The notes beneath the pieces were generated by a model. It was not told the DNA's origin, made no database searches, and saw nothing but the letters and a program-made list of their open reading frames with translations. A program made the translations under genes and the position numbers. Below, in pieces: positions 1-7,362 of a stretch of 49,413 bases of DNA (position 1 is its first letter; each line of letters opens with the position of its first letter). Source of the DNA: a virus; the IMG/VR virus record IMGVR_UViG_2582580504_000002, one strand, 5' to 3'.

Positions 1-36
1 CCGGTCGGCGCTGATCGTCGACGCTCGCCGGGTCAC
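1..36 (-). CDS. 5' part (MTRRASTISADR) of a 116-aa hypothetical protein that continues at 49413 if circular
   Basis: GTG at 36 overlaps the TGA of the upstream gene (GTGA); exactly 12 codons run to base 1, in frame with the open ORF at 49413..49099. Confidence 0.7.
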   Translation of the reverse strand, partial: MTRRASTISADR

Positions 37-278
37 TCCCGATCACCCACGGTTCGGATCGTCGTTCGCGTCCATCCGACGTGGACGTCGGCGTGATCGT
101 AGCGCTCGAGCGAGGCCAAGATCCGGTCGATACGCTGCAGTGGCAGCTGGGCCTGCTCGGCGAGTTCATCGCGTGTGACTGGTTCGTGTCTTCGCGTGTA
201 GCGAAGGACGTTCTGTTCTGCTTCCGTCAGTGGGGTAGAGTTATCACTCGTCGCCCGGTTAGGGTTGGTTGCTGTCAT
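33..278 (-). CDS. Winged-helix (TrmB/MarR-like) DNA-binding protein
   Basis: LTEAEQNVLRY..TRDELAEQAQLPLQRIDRILASLERYDH pattern; ATG at 278 preferred over GTG at 311. Confidence 0.7.
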   Translation of the reverse strand: MTATNPNRATSDNSTPLTEAEQNVLRYTRRHEPVTRDELAEQAQLPLQRIDRILASLERYDHADVHVGWTRTTIRTVGDRE

Positions 279-432
279 GCTAGGCAGCGCGGTACTCCGG
301 TGCTCTAACACCGGGTCCCGTTTTCGTACGAGACGACCGCGCTTACCCCGGATAGCGAAGTGACTATAAAATAAGCTTGCATTTCTGAGTACGGTAGTAT
401 CGGCCGTGGAAATTAAATAGCTGTTAGCCGGT

Positions 433-471
433 AGTCACAAGTGCTGACCTCGTCAGAGGTTAGCAGTGACT
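433..471. other. Imperfect palindrome, candidate recombination (attP core or resolution) site
   Basis: AGTCAC-aag-TGCTGACC-TCGTCAGA-GGTTAGCA-GTGACT: inverted arms around an 8-bp spacer, ~85 bp past the integrase stop. Confidence 0.4.
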
Positions 472-555
472 CTCTCAGGTCACAACCGAAGGATCCCGGG
501 CCCACCACATTAGCTCGGGATCTACACCGAAATAAAGAGCGTCGCAACCCGTTCG

Positions 556-1944
556 TTAGCCGTCCATCCGCTCGGCCAGTTCGATGTACTGCGGCAGTCG
601 GTCCCAGAGATCATCCCGCTGCTTGATGATGTGCTCGAGCCTTTCGATAGCTCGGAGATCATCGGCCGTCGCCTCGCCGTCGGTGATCATGTCGAGCAGG
701 TCCTCGCCCTCGTCGGCGACGCTCGGGGTAGTGACTAGCACGGGATTTCGGCCCAGTTCGGCGACTGTGTCAGCGGAACACCAGAGACAGGAGTCTCGAT
801 GCCGAGGCGTGTACCGGTTGCAGCCGTCACAGACGACCGGCACGATCGGCTCTTCTTCCTCCTCGAGCGAGATGTTCGCGCCGTCAGCCATGGCGATGTA
901 CTTCCGCGAGCGGTTCCCGAACTCGGCGATGTAGTGGGCGGCGACGCGGGAGCCTTTCACCCAGCCGAAGTGGTACTCGAGCGTCCGCTGCGTGACGTGG
1001 CGGCTGCTTGCCAAGACGCTCGCCCTTGAGGCGCGGTAGTGTTTCGGCGGGTGGGGCTTCGTGATCCCAGCCCGCTCCGCTGCGCGGTTGATGTTCCGGC
1101 GGAGATCTCGGTACGCGAGGTGTTCGTTGTCGTTCCGTTTCGTCCAGACGTACGTATCGCTGCTGGGCCCACCTTCGTCATGAACCGGATGCTCGTTTTC
1201 GAGCCACTGCCGCAGGTAGGGAGTACCGACGTCCATTCGGATCGTTCGGGAGCCGGTCTTCGTGTGTTCTGGAATCGAGACGAGGAAGTGGTCGCCCTGA
1301 TCGGTGAAGTCACCGAACTTCAGCTCCCAGAACTCGGACATCGGCCGGCAGCCAAGCGCCCACAGCGTGGCGACCATCGCGGTCGTGCGTGGATCGAGAC
1401 AGCCTTCTTCGATGATCTGGACGATGTCGTTCCAGAACAGCACCTCGGTCGGGTCTGGGGCGGGCTGATCCTCTTCGACGTTCCCGAGTTTTACCTTCTC
1501 GATGCGATCGGGCAGCTTGACCTGACCGGCGACGACCTCGGCGTCTGGGGCCATGAACCGCCCCCAAGAGCGGACCGAGGAGTGGTAGTTGTCGATCGTG
1601 TAGCCGTTGTCGTAGTTGTCGTCGACCCACTCGAGGATGTCGTCGACGGCGTCTTCGCCGTCTTCTGGAGAAAGCGTTTCAACGAGCACGCCGGTCTCGC
1701 GGGCAATGCGCAGGAGGTGTGCGAGGTAGCTCTCGATTCGAGTACCGCTGAGTTGCTGCTTCGAAGTACTCTCGCGGTTGTGCTGCTGGATCTCGTCGTA
1801 GTACTCGAGGAGCTTGACCTCGCTTTCGTCGTCGATTCTGTCGGTCTCGCGGATTAGGTCGAGTTTGCGTTGGATAACTTCTTTGTAGTCGCTTTCCATA
1901 CGTTCAGGTGTGATGAGTAGACCACCCTGGGAGTCGTTGGGCAC
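556..1944 (-). CDS. Tyrosine integrase, SNJ2-like haloarchaeal family, with C-terminal zinc ribbon
   Basis: LGCRPMSE (R), KTGSR (K), PKHYRASRAS (KxxR), FGW, AAHY (Y), then CDGC..CLWC ribbon. Confidence 0.9.
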   Translation of the reverse strand: MPNDSQGGLLITPERMESDYKEVIQRKLDLIRETDRIDDESEVKLLEYYDEIQQHNRESTSKQQLSGTRIESYLAHLLRIARETGVLVETLSPEDGEDAVDDILEWVDDNYDNGYTIDNYHSSVRSWGRFMAPDAEVVAGQVKLPDRIEKVKLGNVEEDQPAPDPTEVLFWNDIVQIIEEGCLDPRTTAMVATLWALGCRPMSEFWELKFGDFTDQGDHFLVSIPEHTKTGSRTIRMDVGTPYLRQWLENEHPVHDEGGPSSDTYVWTKRNDNEHLAYRDLRRNINRAAERAGITKPHPPKHYRASRASVLASSRHVTQRTLEYHFGWVKGSRVAAHYIAEFGNRSRKYIAMADGANISLEEEEEPIVPVVCDGCNRYTPRHRDSCLWCSADTVAELGRNPVLVTTPSVADEGEDLLDMITDGEATADDLRAIERLEHIIKQRDDLWDRLPQYIELAERMDG

Positions 1945-2180
1945 GATGGGAGGGTGGTCTGTTGGTCAGTTAGCGAGCGATTCTCCCAAACCATATTCAT
2001 GGTCCTGTGACGTTTAAAACCTTCACGAGTATTAAACTCTGGAAAATAGATCGATTGGTGGGACATGTAGTGCGCCTCACCAGCCGTTGGTGGGTGATCG
2101 CTTAAATAGAACTTAAACACCGGTCGAACAGCGACGAGTACCGAGGATTGGCACCTCGATCGGCCACTTCGACACCTCGA

Positions 2181-2215
2181 ACCCCACCGTTTCCGCTTGA
2201 GAATCCAGTGGTTAC
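2181..2215. promoter_or_regulatory. ORB-like elements (candidate Cdc6-binding origin boxes)
   Basis: Minus strand TCAAGCGGAAACGGTGGGGT (2181-2200) resembles the haloarchaeal ORB with G-string; TCCAGTGGTTAC on the plus strand at 2204; AT-rich tract follows. Confidence 0.4.
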
Positions 2216-2279
2216 ACCCGCGAGGTGGGTGTGGTACGAAGTGTATATACCGTATAGTGCAATACAGAAGCCGCGCCCG

Positions 2280-2828
2280 TCACTCGTTGTCAGCGATCGG
2301 CGCGTCCGTCAGCCGATCCGACTCCTCGAATCGCTCGCGGATCTCCTCTGCATCCATCTCCTGGACTGCTTCCATTCCGAGCTCGAGGAGCAACGGTCGG
2401 AACTCGCGGTTCTTCTCGAGCGTCTCGCCGAATGCCTGCCGGTATTTGACGTTGACCATGTCCTGAGTGAGGCCGAGCCCCTCCTCTTTGAACTCCTCGG
2501 TGACGTAGAACGATATGTTCTCAAGTTCCTTCAGCGGCTGCTGCCACGGATCCTCTGTCCCGGATGTCACTTGTGTCCCAGAAGTCTTTGACATCCCTGA
2601 CCCATCTGCTGTCTGGGATGTCCCAGACACACCGTCGCCGTCTTCGGGTTCTGCGTCCGTCCCTGATGTCCTTGATGTCCCTGACCTACTGGCTGTCCCG
2701 GACGTATCTGATGTCCCTGATGTCCCTGATGCCCGTGACCTCCCGGATCGGCTACGGTTACGCCCTTTCTTTTTCTCGAGGACGCGCTGCGCGGCATCTT
2801 CGTCGACGTCGTCAGCACCGTTGGTCAT
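2280..2828 (-). CDS. ParA partner: GTS-repeat N-terminus, putative ribbon-helix-helix centromere-binding C-terminus
   Basis: Coupled to parA (4-bp overlap); C-terminal ENISFYV beta-strand followed by helices. Confidence 0.6.
   Translation of the reverse strand: MTNGADDVDEDAAQRVLEKKKGRNRSRSGRSRASGTSGTSDTSGTASRSGTSRTSGTDAEPEDGDGVSGTSQTADGSGMSKTSGTQVTSGTEDPWQQPLKELENISFYVTEEFKEEGLGLTQDMVNVKYRQAFGETLEKNREFRPLLLELGMEAVQEMDAEEIRERFEESDRLTDAPIADNE
2560..2735. repeat. Degenerate 9-bp repeats (GATGTCCCT / AGGGACATC) inside the ParA-partner gene
   Basis: ccctgatgtccttgatgtccctga, ctgatgtccctgatgtccctgatg and palindrome tctggga-tg-tcccaga; related motif also at 3745-3776 and 3816-3823. Confidence 0.8.
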
Positions 2829-3799
2829 GCTTGTGCCTCCTCACCGACCGGTTGGTCGACGTCGATGTCGAAGTGATTGATCACGGTCGCGGCGACCTCG
2901 TCGAACGCCGCAACGAGATCCTCGAGATCGTCGTCACCGTACTCGTAGACCGAGACGCCCTCCTTGAACGAGTACTGCAGCGCGACACGTTCGCCGATCT
3001 CGACGACAGGTTCGTCCCGGAACACCATGTTCAACCACCGGATCATCTGCTTACTCTCATTCGTCACGATCCTCGGGATCCGGTTCGCGATCGCGGCGAC
3101 GTCGATCACCTCAAGGTCAGTCTCGGCTTCGAAGACGGCGACCTGATCGAATAGGAGTTCGATCGCCCGCTTGCTCGAGCTTTCGGCTAGCGCTGGGACG
3201 ATGATGTCCGGCGCCGCGAACAGCGCCTGATCGAAGATCTCCCCGTAGTTCGGCGGCGCGTCGACGACGATCACGTCATAGTCGTCTTCGACCGTCTGGA
3301 GGACATCGTCCAGCTGGAACTTTGCATGGTCGTGTTCGAGACTGAGCATCGCAGTCGACGCCTTGTAGGCCAGCGGCTCGAGTGCTTCCGGCTCGATCTC
3401 GAACGTCTCGTCGGCCTGAATTTCGGCCATCATCTGCGCGATCAGCAGCTCCCGCTGGATCGTGAGCAGGTCGATGTTGCTCGGGATGACGTCCATCTCC
3501 TCGTGCGCGACGATGAGTTCGGATGTGCGGTCCCGAACGCTTGGATCGAGCAGCACATCGTAGAGGGTGAGGTCGTCCGACTCGTATTCGTCCTCGAGGC
3601 CGAGGCCGATCGTCGCGACCCCCTGCGGATCCATATCGACGAAGAGGGCGTCAAGACCAGCGTCGTTGAGCCCGCCCGTGAGGTTGATCGCTGTGGTCGT
3701 TTTCCCGACACCGCCCTTCGCGTTGACGACGCAGATCCGTGGTCTCCCTGATATCAGGGACGCCCCTGATGTCCCGGGAGTCTGTGAATTCTCTGGCAT
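2825..3799 (-). CDS. parA: ParA/Soj-family partition ATPase
   Basis: Deviant Walker A NAKGGVGKTT, VDMDPQG, DVIVVDAPP; start moved to ATG 3799 (MPENSQ). Confidence 0.93.
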   Translation of the reverse strand: MPENSQTPGTSGASLISGRPRICVVNAKGGVGKTTTAINLTGGLNDAGLDALFVDMDPQGVATIGLGLEDEYESDDLTLYDVLLDPSVRDRTSELIVAHEEMDVIPSNIDLLTIQRELLIAQMMAEIQADETFEIEPEALEPLAYKASTAMLSLEHDHAKFQLDDVLQTVEDDYDVIVVDAPPNYGEIFDQALFAAPDIIVPALAESSSKRAIELLFDQVAVFEAETDLEVIDVAAIANRIPRIVTNESKQMIRWLNMVFRDEPVVEIGERVALQYSFKEGVSVYEYGDDDLEDLVAAFDEVAATVINHFDIDVDQPVGEEAQA

Positions 3800-3915
3800 C
3801 ACTGACACCACTACCATCAGGGATGAAAAAGATACGTCAGACGCAGTTGTAGTCACTTTCACTTCCACTCTACGGATGGCAGACACCTAAGATAGTATGG
3901 CAGTCTATCTGAGGT

Positions 3916-4437
3916 ATGCCCCTACGCGTTTCGGACCCCGAATCGGACGACGCCCTCGAGAGCCTGCTGACCGCCGTCTCGCCCAAAACCGACAGCACCG
4001 GTCAGACGTTCTATGGACAGGGAGCGTTCATCCAAGGAGAGCCAGGGAAGAGGACAATCGTGCGGCGTCTACTCCGCGAGATGGAGGACTCGTACGGCAC
4101 CCCGACGCTGGTCGTCGACTGCAGGGAACACGAGACAGCCGCGGAGATCTACCGAGCGCTCCTGGACGAGGTCGTCGACGAACCATCTCGAGAGTACGCC
4201 GACCTGTCGCGCGGGTCGCTCCTCCGAGAGGTCGAAAACACACTCGAGAAACCGTGCATCCTCGCGTTGGACCAGGCGGATCACCTCGAAGAGGAGCGGA
4301 TCCTGTATAACGCGTACGAGAAGGAGTTCCTCATTCCCGTGATCGTAGTCGAGCAGCGGCGCGATCTCCTCGATGGACTCGACGAACGTATCGTCTCCAG
4401 GATGAGCGCCCTCTGGCCGGTTCGGTTCGAGGCGTAG
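3916..4437 (+). CDS. Degenerate Cdc6/Orc1-like AAA domain only (no lid or winged helix)
   Basis: Aligns by eye with the 11364 Cdc6: QGEPGKRT versus SGPSGVGKTT; ILALDQADHL versus VVVLDEADTI; LDERIVSRM box; ends at 173 aa. Confidence 0.75.
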   Translation: MPLRVSDPESDDALESLLTAVSPKTDSTGQTFYGQGAFIQGEPGKRTIVRRLLREMEDSYGTPTLVVDCREHETAAEIYRALLDEVVDEPSREYADLSRGSLLREVENTLEKPCILALDQADHLEEERILYNAYEKEFLIPVIVVEQRRDLLDGLDERIVSRMSALWPVRFEA

Positions 4438-4481
4438 TTAGTAGTCTCGCTACTACTCCGTCGACTCACCGGAAATGGGGG

Positions 4482-4883
4482 CTACAGTGAGTGGTCTTCT
4501 GGATCAACCAGTTCCTCGTATTCTCGCAAGTACCGCGCTTTCTCCTGGGCATCGACGAACACTGGATCGAAGCCAGCAACCTCGAGAGCCCGAGGATACG
4601 ACCCAAACCGATCGCGGTAGACGCCCAACGAGATCTCGCCGTGTTCCTCGAGGTCGTTGCTGGTTGGGACGTGTCCGAGCTGTTCTTGTAGGTGGTGGAG
4701 TTCAGCGAGAACGATCAGGTTATCGTAGCGAAATTGGCGGCGCTCACCCGTCAACGGATCAACGTACCGGCCGACTCGAGCGTTTGCAGTGTCGGGAAGG
4801 ATATCGATAAAGCGTAGGTATCCCTCGAGCTGGGCGGCTGGTTCCTCTGGTGGGTGATCGCGCTCGTCACTCATCTCCCCCAT
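4482..4883 (-). CDS. Protein with homing-endonuclease-associated repeat
   Basis: LAELHHLQEQLGHVPTSNDLEEHGEISLGVYRDRFGSYPRALEVAGF matches the repeat pattern; no nuclease domain. Confidence 0.7.
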   Translation of the reverse strand: MGEMSDERDHPPEEPAAQLEGYLRFIDILPDTANARVGRYVDPLTGERRQFRYDNLIVLAELHHLQEQLGHVPTSNDLEEHGEISLGVYRDRFGSYPRALEVAGFDPVFVDAQEKARYLREYEELVDPEDHSL

Positions 4884-5079
4884 CTCCCTGATCCCCCTTT
4901 TCGCTTGACCGACTGGCCCGACCTGCCTGCGTATCTGGCCAGTCGTCGCGCTGGAACTCCCCAGCGTGTTCGGTGTTGACGTGCTCGAGGAGTTCGGCGG
5001 CGCCGCCGGAAGTGAACGGGCAGTTGTCGGGGGACGGACAGGGATAGGTCCGGACGTCGCTCGAGTTGTCGTCAGTCAT
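4867..5079 (-). CDS. Small C2H2-type zinc-finger protein
   Basis: CPSPDNC...LLEHVNTEH; overlaps neighbours in the operon. Confidence 0.7.
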   Translation of the reverse strand: MTDDNSSDVRTYPCPSPDNCPFTSGGAAELLEHVNTEHAGEFQRDDWPDTQAGRASRSSEKGDQGDGGDE

Positions 5080-5416
5080 GATCTACTATCTCGAGGGCGA
5101 CGGCGAGCGCGATTAAATGCAGCGCCTGGTCGAACCACAGCGCCCGCGTCGGGAACCCGTCCCGATTCTCATACCAGCGCTGTGAATCAACCACGAAGTG
5201 CGAGGTCCACAGCAGCGCGAGAAACGCCGCTGCACGGCGCCGGGGCCAGCCGGCCCGACGGACCGCCGGCAGGAACGCAGCCGTGTAGACCGTCACGTGG
5301 ACCGCTCGAGCGAGCCGCGAATCGAACTTCTCCGTTGCCATCCAGTCGGTCTGGAGCGGGAAGTCGCCCGCAGCGTGGGCGGCCAGGAACGCGAGAGCGT
5401 GGCGATCGTCAGTCAT
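5072..5416 (-). CDS. DUF3307-like membrane protein
   Basis: AHAAGDFPLQTDWMA, HVTVY, SHFVVD, DQALH motifs; ATG at 5416 in TGATG overlap. Confidence 0.85.
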   Translation of the reverse strand: MTDDRHALAFLAAHAAGDFPLQTDWMATEKFDSRLARAVHVTVYTAAFLPAVRRAGWPRRRAAAFLALLWTSHFVVDSQRWYENRDGFPTRALWFDQALHLIALAVALEIVDHD

Positions 5417-5637
5417 CAGACCACCACGAGTTCGGTCCCACAGTTGATACAGTCGTGATATGAGTTGTGGCCTGGCGCGATCCCCATCCACTGTCGTTCG
5501 CCACACTCTGGGCACTCACGGTATGTCGTTCCCTGCTGCAACGCCACCCGGACGATTTCAGAAGGGATGTTCTCGACAGTCTTCTCCGGCCGCTCGTCCT
5601 TGGATACTCGCTTGGGGTGTTCGTAGTCGTCAATCAT
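5416..5637 (-). CDS. Zinc-ribbon protein
   Basis: CPECG...CINCG. Confidence 0.75.
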   Translation of the reverse strand: MIDDYEHPKRVSKDERPEKTVENIPSEIVRVALQQGTTYRECPECGERQWMGIAPGHNSYHDCINCGTELVVV

Positions 5638-6298
5638 CGAGCATCACCTCGCGCGCTTTCTCGAGTTTCCGGAACCGGCCGGACGAGCCGCCTGTGTCGG
5701 GGTGCCCTTCGAGGTCTTTCACCTGGGCCCGGAACGCCGCCTGCACGATCTCATCAGGAGCGTCCGGCTGGACGTCGAGAACCTCGTGGGGTTCCTCGTC
5801 ACCGAGGATGTCTTCCTGGGACGGCGCCGGCGGCGCTGCGACCGCCTCGCCTCTGCCGCCCTGGACGTCACCGTCGGCCGGCGGCAGCTGGGCAACCTCG
5901 TCGATTTCCCTCGCCGTCTCGACGCCGCAGCGATCGGCCAGACGGATCCGGCGGATCCAGAGGCTGATCGCGCGGGCGTTCTCCCTATGACTCTCCCATC
6001 GGTCGCAGGCGATCGCCGACTGTTCGCTCGAGTGCGCCTCGAGATCGCGGTAGTACGCGACGACGCCGACGTCGTCCGGGTCGCCAGACTTGTGCGGGAT
6101 GTTCGGATCGTTCGCGTAGTGCGTGCTGGCCGTCTCGATCTCGACGTCGGTCTTTCCCCAGCGCTCGAGTTCCTCGACGATCGACTCGAAGGCCTCGCGG
6201 TGGGTGAGCGAGAGGTCGCCAGGATACGGTTCGCGGTCGTCCGGATCGGTACGGTCATAGCCGTCAGGCCATTGGAGTTGCTGTTGTTGTGCGCTCAT
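5630..6298 (-). CDS. J-domain (DnaJ-like) protein
   Basis: C-terminal PHEVLDVQPDAPDEIVQAAFRAQVK...HPDTGGS with the HPD motif. Confidence 0.88.
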   Translation of the reverse strand: MSAQQQQLQWPDGYDRTDPDDREPYPGDLSLTHREAFESIVEELERWGKTDVEIETASTHYANDPNIPHKSGDPDDVGVVAYYRDLEAHSSEQSAIACDRWESHRENARAISLWIRRIRLADRCGVETAREIDEVAQLPPADGDVQGGRGEAVAAPPAPSQEDILGDEEPHEVLDVQPDAPDEIVQAAFRAQVKDLEGHPDTGGSSGRFRKLEKAREVMLDD

Positions 6299-6519
6299 GC
6301 TGATGCACCTCCGCTATTGAAGTCGTCCAGCGCCAGCTGCCCGTCACGCTCGTCGAACCGAACGCTCGGGTAGTTGGCCAGCAGCGTCTCGTCGACGACC
6401 GTCCAGAAGTCGCACTTGTGGGGCTCGAGTCGCTGCCACTTCCGGGCCCGGGCCAACGCCTCCTGGACGCGGTGGCGCTCCTCGCGGGTCCAGTCGTCGC
6501 GCTCGACGAGGACCGTCAC
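6295..6519 (-). CDS. Hypothetical protein
   Basis: 4-bp overlaps on both sides; acidic composition. Confidence 0.65.
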   Translation of the reverse strand: MTVLVERDDWTREERHRVQEALARARKWQRLEPHKCDFWTVVDETLLANYPSVRFDERDGQLALDDFNSGGASA

Positions 6520-7103
6520 GGCTGACCACCCGACCGGGCGCCCTCTGGAAGCGCGTCTTTAAGATGCCCCCAGACCCGCCCATGCTGCTCCGGAACGCCG
6601 TACTCGACGGCTGCAGTGGCAACGGCGTCGTGCGCTTTCTCCCCGTCTTCGACGTCTGCAAGTGCGGACTGGGCCGCCTGCCGGCATCGATAGCTGGCAT
6701 CCGGGTACTCGTCGAGGGTCGCTTCAGCTTCTTCCGCGCTCTCGATCGCCTCGTTCAGTTGATGGTCGAGGACGTCGTCGCAGTTGTTCAGTTCCTGGGC
6801 CTCCTCGAGGAGTTCCTTTGCGCGTCGAACCAGCGGGTTGACCTCTGGCTGGGGGTAGCGTCCAGGGCCCTCGCCGTGCCGATCGACCCAGAACAGAGGG
6901 TCGTCCTGCGTGAGGAGGTGGCCCTCCTTGATCCCGCGGATCGCACACTCCTCGCTGCAGAAGTGGGTGCGTTTCGCGGTTCGGCGGCCGACGTCATCGT
7001 CGAACTCGAAGAGGTTGACGTCGATGCACTTGTCTCTGGGGCGGACCGATCCGGTCATCCCTTGGATCGTACCACCGCAGGCCTCACATCTCGGCACCGG
7101 CAT
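6516..7103 (-). CDS. Zinc-binding hypothetical protein (CEAC...HFCSEEC)
   Basis: GGAGGTG Shine-Dalgarno immediately before ATG 7103; acidic helical C-terminus. Confidence 0.7.
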   Translation of the reverse strand: MPVPRCEACGGTIQGMTGSVRPRDKCIDVNLFEFDDDVGRRTAKRTHFCSEECAIRGIKEGHLLTQDDPLFWVDRHGEGPGRYPQPEVNPLVRRAKELLEEAQELNNCDDVLDHQLNEAIESAEEAEATLDEYPDASYRCRQAAQSALADVEDGEKAHDAVATAAVEYGVPEQHGRVWGHLKDALPEGARSGGQP

Positions 7104-7362
7104 CACCTCCAGATCGGCCAGTGTCCGTGTCTTGTGAACGGCCGAGTAGTTCGTTGCGAAGACCGAACTCGCATGGATCGCACAACAGTAGCGTAACAGC
7201 CTCTCCCCCGTCTGGAGCGTTCGAGCTTGTTCTGACGGGGATTTGGCTGCGGCCGATGACAACCGAGCCGCAGGCATCACACCTCGGATATGATTTATTG
7301 TCGCCTTTGTCGAGCGGATTCTTCTGTTCAGTATCGCTCGAGGACTGATCGCTCGAGGTCAT
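7084..7362 (-). CDS. Small zinc-finger protein (CDAC...CDPC)
   Basis: ATGA overlap with the methylase stop; two CxxC pairs. Confidence 0.6.
   Translation of the reverse strand: MTSSDQSSSDTEQKNPLDKGDNKSYPRCDACGSVVIGRSQIPVRTSSNAPDGGEAVTLLLCDPCEFGLRNELLGRSQDTDTGRSGGDAGAEM

Noticed and set aside
495-510. CCCGGGCCCACCA resembling a tRNA 3' end (possible att core)
   Set aside because: No T-arm precedes it and the match is too short to support without the host sequence.
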